The notes beneath the pieces are model-generated. The model had not been told where the DNA came from. It worked only from the letters and a program-made list of their open reading frames with translations, and made no database searches. From Candidatus Bathyarchaeia archaeon (GTDB lineage: Archaea > Thermoproteota > Bathyarchaeia > TCS64): DNA of 10,825 bases. The stretch is from NCBI GenBank assembly GCA_050014495.1, contig JBEKDF010000060.1, positions 1 to 10,825 on the forward strand, given 5' to 3'. Position 1 is the stretch's first letter. The number at the start of each line of letters is the position of its first letter. The position numbers and the translations under genes are program-made. Below, piece after piece: positions 1 to 7,921 of this stretch.

Positions 1-310
1 CGCGAAGGGGGACAGGCTCGTCGATGCTATAGTGGACTATACTCATGTAGTGGAGGCCGTGGGCAATAGGTGGGGTGATTCCCTTGTCCTCCTGGGGAAT
101 AAGGCCCTCGACACCGAGGATGACGTGTGTGCTTGGGCTGGTAAAGTCTAGGTCAAGGAGGCCGACTATTTGGTTTTTGTCTCTGAGTGCCAAAGCAAGT
201 GCTACAGCGACCATGCTCTTACCGACTCCACCCTTACCGCTGCTGACAGCGATTATCCGTCTAACTTTGTCGAATCTGCCTGGGATGATGGCGAGGCGTG
301 GGTCGTTCAC
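1..310 (-). CDS. Mrp/NBP35 (ParA/MinD-family) ATPase, N-terminal part, runs off the window; possibly an ATP-dependent HypB-type nickel maturase
   Basis: Not in the ORF track. Manual translation from GTG at 310 gives MNDPRLAIIPGRFDKVRRIIAVSSGKGGVGKSMVA...VGLLDLDFTSPSTHVILG...DKGITPP. It has the deviant Walker A motif GKGGVGKS and a DLD motif. The GTG overlaps the hypA TGA (GTGA). Confidence 0.9.
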   Translation of the reverse strand, partial: MNDPRLAIIPGRFDKVRRIIAVSSGKGGVGKSMVAVALALALRDKNQIVGLLDLDFTSPSTHVILGVEGLIPQEDKGITPPIAHGLHYMSIVHYSIDEPVPLR

Positions 311-711
311 TCTAGTTTCCTCCCCTTTAAGCTGGCTAGCCAGATACCACGTCCTTCGGTCACTTCGAAATCGGGACTTCCGCAGTTAGGGCATTTGAGG
401 TAGACATGAGCCATCTCTGGAACGAAGTGTATAGCCTCACCCGTCTCCTCGTCGAGTTTCTGGGTATCCAGACTCCACTCGTGATCACACTTCCGACACT
501 TGAATCTGGCGGGTACGGTATCTATTACGAATTTAGTCTTCTTCATCCGAGGGGTCCGCATCTGGTCTAAGGCGAATTCTATTATGTCGTGCTCAATTTG
601 CTGAAGCTCACCTATCATTATCTTAACCTCGGTTATCTCCTCAATTCTATGGTCTTCAGCGAATTTTTCAGCAGTTTTAATGATCCCCTCGGCTAGGGCC
701 CACTCGTGCAT
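307..711 (-). CDS. hypA: Hydrogenase nickel-incorporation protein HypA
   Basis: N-terminal MHE nickel-binding motif, IGELQQI, and two CxxC zinc motifs (CRKC, CPNC) separated by the long insert seen in Thermococcales-type HypA. Confidence 0.95.
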   Translation of the reverse strand: MHEWALAEGIIKTAEKFAEDHRIEEITEVKIMIGELQQIEHDIIEFALDQMRTPRMKKTKFVIDTVPARFKCRKCDHEWSLDTQKLDEETGEAIHFVPEMAHVYLKCPNCGSPDFEVTEGRGIWLASLKGRKLE

Positions 712-785
712 GGCTCATGGGGAATCCACGAGGCTAATCAATATTACTTACTGATGAAGTTGAGCGAGCACTATCGGTAAGATAC

Positions 786-793
786 TTAAATAA
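786..793 (+). promoter_or_regulatory. Putative archaeal TATA box for the 820..1236 gene (probably leaderless transcript)
   Basis: TTAAATAA ends about 27 nt upstream of the TTG start at 820, in the divergent intergenic region. Confidence 0.5.
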
Positions 794-819
794 GTGTTCA
801 GAGGGATAGGCGTTACCCA

Positions 820-1236
820 TTGGACGCTTACCTTACTGAGCTAGATAGATTGGAGATGTGCTTAATGGTCTGGCGGGGTGAAGAGATGGTTTTCAGCAGC
901 CGGAGCAAAGGGATACGTCCCCACCTCGAAGCGATCGAAGTGCTCGGTAGAGAAGGGCTGAATGGATCCGTGATGGCGGACAAGATAGTAGGAAGGGCTG
1001 CGGCGCTGCTGATGCTCTACTCTGTTCCCGCTGAAGTTCACGCAGTTGTCATAACAAAGAAAGCGAAGGAACTATTGGAATCAGGAGGGGTTAAAGTGTT
1101 TCCAGATTCGGAGGTACCGGCGATAAAGGAGAAGAACGGGCGTATCTATTGCCCCTTCGAGGCAATGGTTCAGGGGATAAGCGACCCCGAGGAGGCCTAT
1201 TCCGCCATAGTTGCAAAGATGCTTAGTATGAAATAG
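820..1236 (+). CDS. DUF1893 (TM1506-like) protein
   Basis: Motifs G(I)RP(H)L, ADKIVGRAAALL and CPFE, and the 138-aa length, fit the family as I recall it. TTG start. Confidence 0.8.
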   Translation: MDAYLTELDRLEMCLMVWRGEEMVFSSRSKGIRPHLEAIEVLGREGLNGSVMADKIVGRAAALLMLYSVPAEVHAVVITKKAKELLESGGVKVFPDSEVPAIKEKNGRIYCPFEAMVQGISDPEEAYSAIVAKMLSMK

Positions 1237-1304
1237 TCACCTTAGGTGGATAGGTTTAAGAACAGTTTAAGTCCAGTGTTTAGGATTCACCGCTGGTTCT
1301 TGCT

Positions 1305-1976
1305 ATGAGGGACGAGATCGAGAAGCTCGCCGCACAGATAGGAAATAGTGAGCTTAGGGAGAGGGTCCTCGAGTTGCTTAGGAATCCGACTCTCGACCTA
1401 GATTATCCCTGCCTCAGCTTAGAGGAGTGTCCCGCTGGGGCATATCAGCATCACAGCTACAGCGGAGGGCTTCTCCAGCACACGATTGGTGTCACTAAGC
1501 TCAGTATGACGCTCTGCGACCTTGTTGAAGAGGTCTACGAAGGAAAGGTTGATAGGGACACCGTCATCGCGGGGGCACTCATCCACGATATAATGAAGAC
1601 TTACACTTACGAGCCTCGAGGTGATGGTAGCTATATCAGCAGCCCGCTGGGGGAAAAAGTCGACCACCTCACCCTACTCGTCGCGGAGCTATACAAGCGG
1701 GGGTTTCCAGTGGAGGTTATACACGTCGTGGCATCCCACCATGGTGATGTGAGCCCAATCAAGCCCAAGACTATGGAGGCTCTCATCGTTAGCATCGCGG
1801 ACCTCGCTGATTCTGAGCTGAGTAGAAAGACGCTACGGGCCGCTGAGTACCTACTCAGGCAGATGGGGGAGAACCAGCCCAAGCTAAGCTCCAGCAGGGA
1901 GGCCTTGGACCTTGTACAAGCTAAAAGTAAGGAAGGTTGGGATGGGGTCAGAAAGCTGAGTAACGGGAAGAGTTGA
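1305..1976 (+). CDS. HD-domain phosphohydrolase (YhaM HD-like without OB fold; candidate MptB dihydroneopterin 2',3'-cyclic phosphate phosphodiesterase)
   Basis: PAG..HHSY.GGLLQHT, ALIHDIMK (HD), DH, SHHG, P.T.EA.IV..ADLADS. Confidence 0.8.
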   Translation: MRDEIEKLAAQIGNSELRERVLELLRNPTLDLDYPCLSLEECPAGAYQHHSYSGGLLQHTIGVTKLSMTLCDLVEEVYEGKVDRDTVIAGALIHDIMKTYTYEPRGDGSYISSPLGEKVDHLTLLVAELYKRGFPVEVIHVVASHHGDVSPIKPKTMEALIVSIADLADSELSRKTLRAAEYLLRQMGENQPKLSSSREALDLVQAKSKEGWDGVRKLSNGKS

Positions 1977-2070
1977 GTTCCTCGTTTTATAGACAGATTA
2001 AGTTGCTACAAGGCGATTGTCAATACTAAAATATGGATGGTGTTAGTGTCCAAGCAAAGGGGTTCCACAT

Positions 2071-2790
2071 ATGATGAAGGTTGCGATGATTGGTTTCGGC
2101 ACGGTTGGCAGCAATTTTGTAAAGGTCCTCCATGTGAAGAGGAAGATGCTCAAAGATCGCTATGGCCTTGAATGCGAGATTGTGGCGGTGAGTGATATAA
2201 ACAGGGGCTCAGTCTATGACCCGAAGGGGCTTGACATTCCAGAGCTTCTCCGCCTAGTTAAGGAGGCGAACAAGATCGATGGGTACAAAGGGGGTAAGAA
2301 GGGAATGGATAGCCTCATGACGATCAGGGAGACAAACGCCGATGTGATAGTCGAGGTTGCTTGGACAAACCTTGAGACGGGGGAGCCGGGCTTCACTCAC
2401 ATTAAGGAGGCACTAAGGGCGAAGAAACACGTCATAACGAGCAACAAGGGACCCCTCGCTCTCGCCTACCCAGAGTTGAAGAAACTGGCGGATGAGAACG
2501 GGGTACAGATCCGCTTTGAGTGTACCGTGATGAGTGGGACGCCGACGATCCTGCTGGGGATGGAGGGTCTAGCGGGGCATAAGATCAACGGCTTCCGCGG
2601 CATCCTCAACGGGACAAACAACTATATGCGCGCGCGCGACCCCCTTGCGAGTGTAAGCGGCACAATGAATGCACTGACATTCGAGACCGACGGCCTTGGC
2701 CCAGTAACCATCATCGGTAAGGGCGCTGGAGGCATCGAGACAGGCCATGGTATTCTAACAGACCTCCTCGCAATCCACAGATCTATGTAG
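2071..2790 (+). pseudogene. hom: Homoserine dehydrogenase with an in-frame internal deletion that removes catalytic-domain residues
   Basis: GFGTVG Rossmann motif, HVITSNKGP, FECTVMSGTP, GILNGTNNY and the C-terminal PLASVSGTMNA..GKGAGGIETG are present. The intervening EADP..D..G.DAA.K segment is absent and is replaced by RAR, encoded by the CG tract at 2628-2638. Confidence 0.8.
2628..2638. repeat. (CG)n tract, 11 nt, at the hom deletion junction
   Basis: GCGCGCGCGCG read directly from the sequence. Confidence 0.9.
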
Positions 2791-2932
2791 AAGGAAAACC
2801 GAAGAATTTAGTGCAGAGTATAGCAAGCATGCCAATATCTTGGAGAGAAGACGAGCGAAGCCTTGAGAGATCACACGCGCACGGAATACTCGTCCTTTTA
2901 AAGACGAGCAAACAAATTATTTCCAGATCTAA

Positions 2933-4426
2933 ATGACGCGTGTCAGTGGGTTTAGGCTCGAAGGTGTGCTACCAGCGATCGTAACTCCCTTCAACAAGAA
3001 TGAGGAATTTGATGAGCAGTCGTTTCGCAATCTCATCGATTGGCTGATCGAAAAAGGGATCACTGGCATCGTTCCGTGCGGGACAACTGGTGAATTCTCG
3101 CAGATGAACCATGCTGAGCGACAGAAAGTCATCGAAGTTTGTGTCGACCAGGTGAATGGAAGGATACCGGTAATAGCGGGCACCGGCGATACATCAACAA
3201 AACTCGTAATAGAAGCCACTAAACATGCCCTCGACGTGGGGTCAGACGCAGCCATAATCGTGAACCCATACTACATGAAGCCAAAAGGCGGAAAGGGAAT
3301 TTACGATCACTACCTCGCAGTCGCAGAGAGTGTAGACATCCCAATAGTCTTATACAATATTCCACCGGCAACCAACCAGTATATTCCATGGCAGGTGATT
3401 GAAGACCTAGCTGAAGTACCAAATATTGTGGCTTTGAAAGACTCAAGCGGGGACCTCAAGTATTTGATGACGGTGCTGGAGAAAGTAAGCGACAAGATAG
3501 ATGTAGTATGCGGGTGGGATGAAGTTGTTTTACCAGCGCTAGCAGCTGGAGCCAACGGTATGGTCCTCGCCAGCGCTAACGTAATCGCTCCCATCTGGCT
3601 CGACATCTATAAGAAAATGAAGGAGGGTAGGTTCGAGGAGGCGAGGGTCGCGATGAGGAAGATCCAGAAGTTCACACGGCACATCGTCGCAACCGGCGCT
3701 CAGGGGCCGAAGGTCTGCCTCAACTTCATGGGCCTTAAGGTAGGTAACACTAGGAGGCCAATAGTAATGGGAGACACGGTGAGCTATGAACTCAAAGAGG
3801 AGTTACGAATAGAGTTGGAAAACCTCGGGCTCGTTGATAAGAAGCCCATCACCTTCAGGGTGGTGCCTGATGAACCACTCGTGCAGAGATTTTACAACGT
3901 TGGATTAACTCCGGATGTGATCGATCAATTTATACTCAGGACTGGCGAGGCGCTCGTTGATCCAGATTCAAATGAGGTTGCCCACATCGACCTGATCATG
4001 GGTAGAATTGATGGTCCAGTCGGGAAGGCGTACGCTGATGCCCTCACGAGACCATCACCCGAGCGTGAGGCGACTCAAGCTATCCTCGAGCCTAATATTG
4101 CGGTGAAACCTCCAACGCTCGTTGTTCCAACTGTGCCAGTCAAGGGCATGAGGGAGGCTAGTATGGTTTATGGGCCAGGTCAAGCCGCTGTTGCGAAGGC
4201 AGTAGCAAAATCCGTGGAGGATGGGATACTACCGGCAACCGACAAACTCGTGCTCATAGCTAAGGTGTTCGTTCACCCCTCCTCAACCGACCGTCAGAGG
4301 GTCTTCATAAACAACTATAAGGCGATGCGCCACGCGATTAGAAAGGCTATGGAAGGTCGTCCAACGGTTGAAGAAGAGGTGGAAAACGCGGATAATTCAC
4401 GCCACCCATTTAGAGAGAATATGTGA
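2933..4426 (+). CDS. Fusion of a DapA/NAL-family class I aldolase (aa ~8-300) and a formaldehyde-activating enzyme Fae domain (aa ~334-495)
   Basis: N-terminal part: VTPF, GTTGE, PYY, LYNIP (Y141) and Schiff-base K169 in KDSSGD. C-terminal part: GEAL...NEVAHIDL..G...GPVG.A, L.PN..VKP.T, GPGQAAVAKAVA.SVEDG, NY.A...AI..AM.G.P and HPF, all Fae hallmarks. It is one uninterrupted 497-aa ORF. Confidence 0.92.
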   Translation: MTRVSGFRLEGVLPAIVTPFNKNEEFDEQSFRNLIDWLIEKGITGIVPCGTTGEFSQMNHAERQKVIEVCVDQVNGRIPVIAGTGDTSTKLVIEATKHALDVGSDAAIIVNPYYMKPKGGKGIYDHYLAVAESVDIPIVLYNIPPATNQYIPWQVIEDLAEVPNIVALKDSSGDLKYLMTVLEKVSDKIDVVCGWDEVVLPALAAGANGMVLASANVIAPIWLDIYKKMKEGRFEEARVAMRKIQKFTRHIVATGAQGPKVCLNFMGLKVGNTRRPIVMGDTVSYELKEELRIELENLGLVDKKPITFRVVPDEPLVQRFYNVGLTPDVIDQFILRTGEALVDPDSNEVAHIDLIMGRIDGPVGKAYADALTRPSPEREATQAILEPNIAVKPPTLVVPTVPVKGMREASMVYGPGQAAVAKAVAKSVEDGILPATDKLVLIAKVFVHPSSTDRQRVFINNYKAMRHAIRKAMEGRPTVEEEVENADNSRHPFRENM

Positions 4427-4547
4427 ATACACTCCCTTCTTCAGCTCCGTAAGAGTAAAGTGTAGAGCCCCGGTACTCAGAGAGTTATTCTATTGAATCA
4501 GCATACGCGGGAAGACTAATATGGTGGCTACTGCGGTTTTTCTCTGG

Positions 4548-4632
4548 GCAGAGGTGCCAGAGCGGTTATTGGGCTAGTCTCGAAAACTAGTGGCCTTGAG
4601 CCTCAAGGGTTCGAATCCCTTCCTCTGCGCCA
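4548..4632 (+). tRNA. tRNA-Ser(CGA), encoded CCA, no intron
   Basis: Acceptor stem GCAGAGG/CCTCTGC, anticodon arm CTAGT-CTCGAAA-ACTAG (CGA at 4581-4583), long variable arm, T arm AAGGG-TTCGAAT-CCCTT, discriminator G and CCA. Confidence 0.96.
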
Positions 4633-4657
4633 TACAAAATGTTTGAATTGGGCAATA

Positions 4658-4673
4658 TTTTGCGCGCGCAAAA
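4658..4673. repeat. Perfect 16-bp palindrome with a (GC)4 core
   Basis: TTTTGCGCGCGCAAAA, 25 nt after the tRNA CCA. Confidence 0.9.
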
Positions 4674-4866
4674 CGAATCAAACTGATTTTGGATAGGGAG
4701 ATCCGAGCGCTGCCTTGTCACTAAATTAGGAAAACAATATACGCATACATTTAGTTGCTGTCGAAGGTATTCGACCATATCTGGCAACCAGTCTCGGGGA
4801 GTGCTAGCACAGTTTTGGTGGGGAAAATATTTTCTAGTCGATTGCAGATTTAGACAACGACATAAG

Positions 4867-5763
4867 ATGGTTGAAAAAAGGGTGGGTAAGGACTCCGGTT
4901 ACATTTTCATGGGTCCAACCGTGGAGCGGAAGAGGAAGGAGGTAAAGCCTGGTCAGGTGCTCATCGACTGCCACAAGTCGGGGATCGTCGTCAGCGACAA
5001 CGCTGGCAGCCCCTGGAATAAATGCACGTACTACGCGCATGGAAGCGTCCTGATCGACGCCGCGGGTAAGCTCATCAGGCAAGCGGCGTTCGTCGAGACG
5101 ATAGACCCGGACGGCGACGTGACCTGGAGCATCCTCTGGGAGCCGGGCGAGGGAAAGGCGGTCTACCACTTCATAGTCGGCACGGGGAAGTGGAAGGGGA
5201 TCGCAGGCGAGGCGACCATCACGGATATGCAGCGCCGCGCTGACGACGGCACGATGCCGAGCTATAAGATGAGCTGGGAGCTCGATGAGAAGAACGATCT
5301 GACCGTACCAGCATTCGAGCCCAAGGGCCCATACACAAACAAGGCATCGAGCCTGAGCTTCCACGGGCCCCACGTTACAGAGTCGATAAGGGAACTATCC
5401 AACGGGTTGAAGCTCATCGTCAACACGCAGATAGGGGTGCTACTGCCGGAGGATCCAGCGGTCCCGAGTCCACGCGGCTACGCAGCCAGCTACGACAAGG
5501 GGGTGACCGTGTGGAGCCATGGAGAGAGGCTCGCCGATGTGATGCTGCTCGAAGACACGGACGCGGAAGGCGACATGTCGTGGCTTGTCCACGTCTGGTG
5601 GTACGCAAGGGGCCGTGGATTATACAAGTTCGTCGGAGGCACCGGGAAGTGGGAGGGCATCAGAGGTGAAGGAACCACGCTCCCCGCGATTCTTAAGCCT
5701 CGCACCGACGACTATCATTTCCTCAGGTCGGGAATACAGTGGAGGATTGACAATCCCGGCTGA
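4867..5763 (+). CDS. Hypothetical protein with two tandem homologous beta-rich domains (dirigent/allene oxide cyclase-like GTGK motif)
   Basis: Internal repeat: ETIDPDGDVTW...YHFIVGTGKWKGIAGEAT and EDTDAEGDMSW...YKFVGGTGKWEGIRGEGT. ATG 4867 is preferred over GTG 4801 because the upstream stretch is AT-rich and promoter-like. Confidence 0.75.
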   Translation: MVEKRVGKDSGYIFMGPTVERKRKEVKPGQVLIDCHKSGIVVSDNAGSPWNKCTYYAHGSVLIDAAGKLIRQAAFVETIDPDGDVTWSILWEPGEGKAVYHFIVGTGKWKGIAGEATITDMQRRADDGTMPSYKMSWELDEKNDLTVPAFEPKGPYTNKASSLSFHGPHVTESIRELSNGLKLIVNTQIGVLLPEDPAVPSPRGYAASYDKGVTVWSHGERLADVMLLEDTDAEGDMSWLVHVWWYARGRGLYKFVGGTGKWEGIRGEGTTLPAILKPRTDDYHFLRSGIQWRIDNPG

Positions 5764-5861
5764 GAATGAGGATCATTTAAGGTACGAACTCGGTTTCCGC
5801 CTTCATCAGGAATGAATTAACTGAAACATGAAAAATTTGAATTTACCAGTCTAAACCATAC

Positions 5862-5882
5862 TTTGAAGCTCTTCCTCTGCGC
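5862..5882 (+). repeat. Degenerate direct repeat of the tRNA-Ser 3' end (putative attR)
   Basis: TTTGAAGCTCTTCCTCTGCGC versus TTCGAATCCCTTCCTCTGCGC: 18/21 identical without gaps, last 12 nt exact, followed by TTTT. Confidence 0.75.
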
Positions 5883-6106
5883 TTTTCACAATCAAAAAAT
5901 AGTCATTATTTAAGCGTAGTTTTATAAAAGAGGCGAAAATACTAGGATTTGAATTTTACCTTTACAATGGATTTATTCCACGGTTTACACTACTTGGCCG
6001 TCTCTCTTCACTGGCGAAAGATACGCACAGATTATATACGCGCTAGAAACACGAATCATTCAATAATCTTATCCTAACTTCACGCTAACCATTAACCAGT
6101 AATAAT

Positions 6107-6211
6107 ATGTTTACAATAGAAGAGATTCAGGCTGCCTACTACATGGCGGCAGCAACAGGAATACTCATCGCAGCAGCTGGCTTTGTTACATATGCCGCGC
6201 GCGTAATCTGA
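6107..6211 (+). pseudogene. 34-aa single-transmembrane ORF, probably the truncated N-terminus of a membrane-anchored protein
   Basis: MFTIEEIQAAYYMAAATGILIAAAGFVTYAARVI*. It is a hydrophobic helix and stops two codons after the CG tract at 6196-6203. Confidence 0.55.
6196..6203. repeat. (CG)4 tract
   Basis: CGCGCGCG at the end of the 34-aa ORF. Confidence 0.85.
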
Positions 6212-6602
6212 GACAGATTCAGCTGAAGACTTCATCGATCAACCCACGGTTAATGTGATTAAAAGCCATTTAATTTGTTATCGTGTACATCATCTGTTAG
6301 TCTCATTTCTTATTTTGCGCTAATTCATTTTGATCTTCATTCCCGTTAACGCGCGAATTCGCAACCCTCAGATGCTTCACTCCACTTTGAACCTCCATCT
6401 GATCCCTCGAAATCCCTTATGTTTAGGCCATGTTGATCAAGATCCTCCATGTAGATAACCATAAATTCCGCTTATAGCCATCATCCAGCTGAACCAGGCG
6501 GACCCGCATAACGTCACTGATCAGACGATAATCTCTCTTCTCCAGTAGACATCACATGCATGGTATCGAAGTCATCGGACCAGCCTCCACGTGAAGCGGC
6601 CA

Positions 6603-6611
6603 CGCGCGCGC
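6603..6611. repeat. (CG)n tract, 9 nt
   Basis: CGCGCGCGC just beyond the 3' end of the TIGR00300 gene. Confidence 0.85.
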
Positions 6612-6633
6612 AAAAGAATTGAGTTTAACTGAA

Positions 6634-7921
6634 TCACATAATATTCGCACACCAGCGCGTAGGTGCTCTCGCGAGCTCATCTACCAACAGGGGGAGGAAG
6701 GCTCCCACGTCAGAGACTATCCCAACAGCCTGACTAGTACCCCTATCACTGAGCTTCGTAACCACAGCAGGGTTAATGTCCACGCGGATGACCTTTACGC
6801 TCGACCTCAACATGTTCCCGACGGCTATTGAGTGAAGGGTGGACGCGAGCATGAGAACGAAGTCGACATCACGTACCAACTCCTTATACCTACCCTGAGC
6901 CTCCGCTGTGTCCTTAATCACATCTGGAATAGGCCCATCGTCCCTGATGGAGCCAGCGAGGACATAAGGAATTCCCCTTATATGGAGCTGGTGGAAGATA
7001 CCGCTCCTGAGCCTACCCTCGTCTACCAGGGCTCCAATAGATCCAGCCCGGTTCACCTCATTAATCGCAGCGATATGGTTACGAGGCTCTCTCCTCCTCA
7101 TACCATCATCAAGCTCTACGCCGAGGCTAGTCCCATAGAGTGCATACTCGATATCGTGAACAGCCAGCGCATTCCCGGCGAGGAGGGCATCAACGTAACC
7201 GAGTTCGATCAGTTTAGCCAGGCTAGGCGCAGCACCAGTGTGGATCACCGCTGGCCCCGCGACGACAGCTATCTTACCCCCACTCTTAATCGTCTCATGG
7301 AGCTCCTCAGCAATCTTCTTGATGAGGGAGATTGAGGGCTTCTCGGAGGAGACGTCGCTGTTCATGAACTCGAAGACGTCGACCCCCTCCCGCGGACGCT
7401 CAGGGGGCGTTATCCTGATCCCCCTCTCACCCGTTACCACGAGATCTCCTCTTCTCACTTGACTAATCGGCTTGCAGTAAGCGACACGCCTCTCTGAGTC
7501 GACGATGATCTGCTTATCCATCATCAAGTCCTCAACCTCGACCCATCTGCCGCCCAAGTAGACTGATGTTGGGTGATTTGATGTGGAGTAGAAGTCGTCG
7601 GGGAGGGTCATGTCCCTGGCTGCAGGCTTGTATTCGACCTCGGGGGTCTCCGGTGTCTTCGCCCCGAGGCGGAAGACCTCTTTGAGGATGGAGTCCAGGT
7701 GCTCCTGGCTTTTACCCGTTATCTGGATTCTGGTGGAGCTGTAGTCGTTCTTGCGTTTTCCGACTTTGAAGTCGAGGAACTCGAACTCCCCTTTCTGATC
7801 CATTACCTCGTCAAGAATCTTCGTCAGAATCATGGAGTCGATGAGATGACCCTCGACTTCTATAATCTGGGAATATTTCGCCTCATTCTCTGAGGCTGAT
7901 GGGAAAACTATCCCTTCTCAA
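6634..7921 (-). CDS. TIGR00300 / LOR-SDH family protein (ArcE-type ornithine cyclodeaminase); the start region is out of frame
   Basis: P..FYSTSNHPT, FEFMNSDVSSEKP, GPAVIHTG, GNALAVHDIE..LYGTSLG, LAGSIRDDGP, LHSIAVGNM and VDINP.VVTKL.DRG are present. The conserved IEVEGHLIDS lies upstream of the ORF-track ATG (7833). The best RBS and start (GGTGA-N5-TTG at 7921) is one nucleotide out of frame. Confidence 0.85.

Larger units (their letters stand above)
4610..5882. mobile_element. Remnant genomic islet integrated at the tRNA-Ser 3' end, no integrase visible
   Basis: Bounded by a direct repeat of the tRNA 3' end (4610-4630 versus 5862-5882). It carries one cargo gene. Confidence 0.65.

Noticed and set aside
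75..403. Plus-strand ORFs 75..389 and 170..403
   Set aside because: Antisense shadows of the Mrp ATPase and hypA, with no recognisable motifs.
2933..3840. Plain dapA (DHDPS) annotation
   Set aside because: The Arg138-equivalent, GDD and NPIPVK features are missing and the domain is fused to Fae, so the gene symbol is withheld.
4548..4632. Possible tRNA-Sec or intron-containing tRNA
   Set aside because: The anticodon is CGA, the acceptor and T stems are the normal 7/5 bp, and the anticodon loop is 7 nt.
4760..4775. Hairpin GTCGAA-GGTA-TTCGAC
   Set aside because: A single 6-bp stem with no U-tract is compatible with chance.
4587..4787. 66-aa minus-strand ORF
   Set aside because: It overlaps the tRNA in antisense and has no integrase or other recognisable motif.
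4834..5815. Overlapping ORFs 4834..5373, 5420..5608, 5490..5705 and 5585..5815
   Set aside because: Shadow frames of a GC-rich gene whose internal repeat identifies the real frame.
5764..6340. AT-rich region examined for a CRISPR array, origin boxes or an ncRNA
   Set aside because: I found no regularly spaced repeats, ORB-like motifs or convincing extended structure.
6634..6665. Odd C-terminal tail (RWCANIM) after GCGCG at 6655-6659 as another junction
   Set aside because: The tract is only 5 nt and C-termini vary, so this cannot be supported without orthologue alignment.
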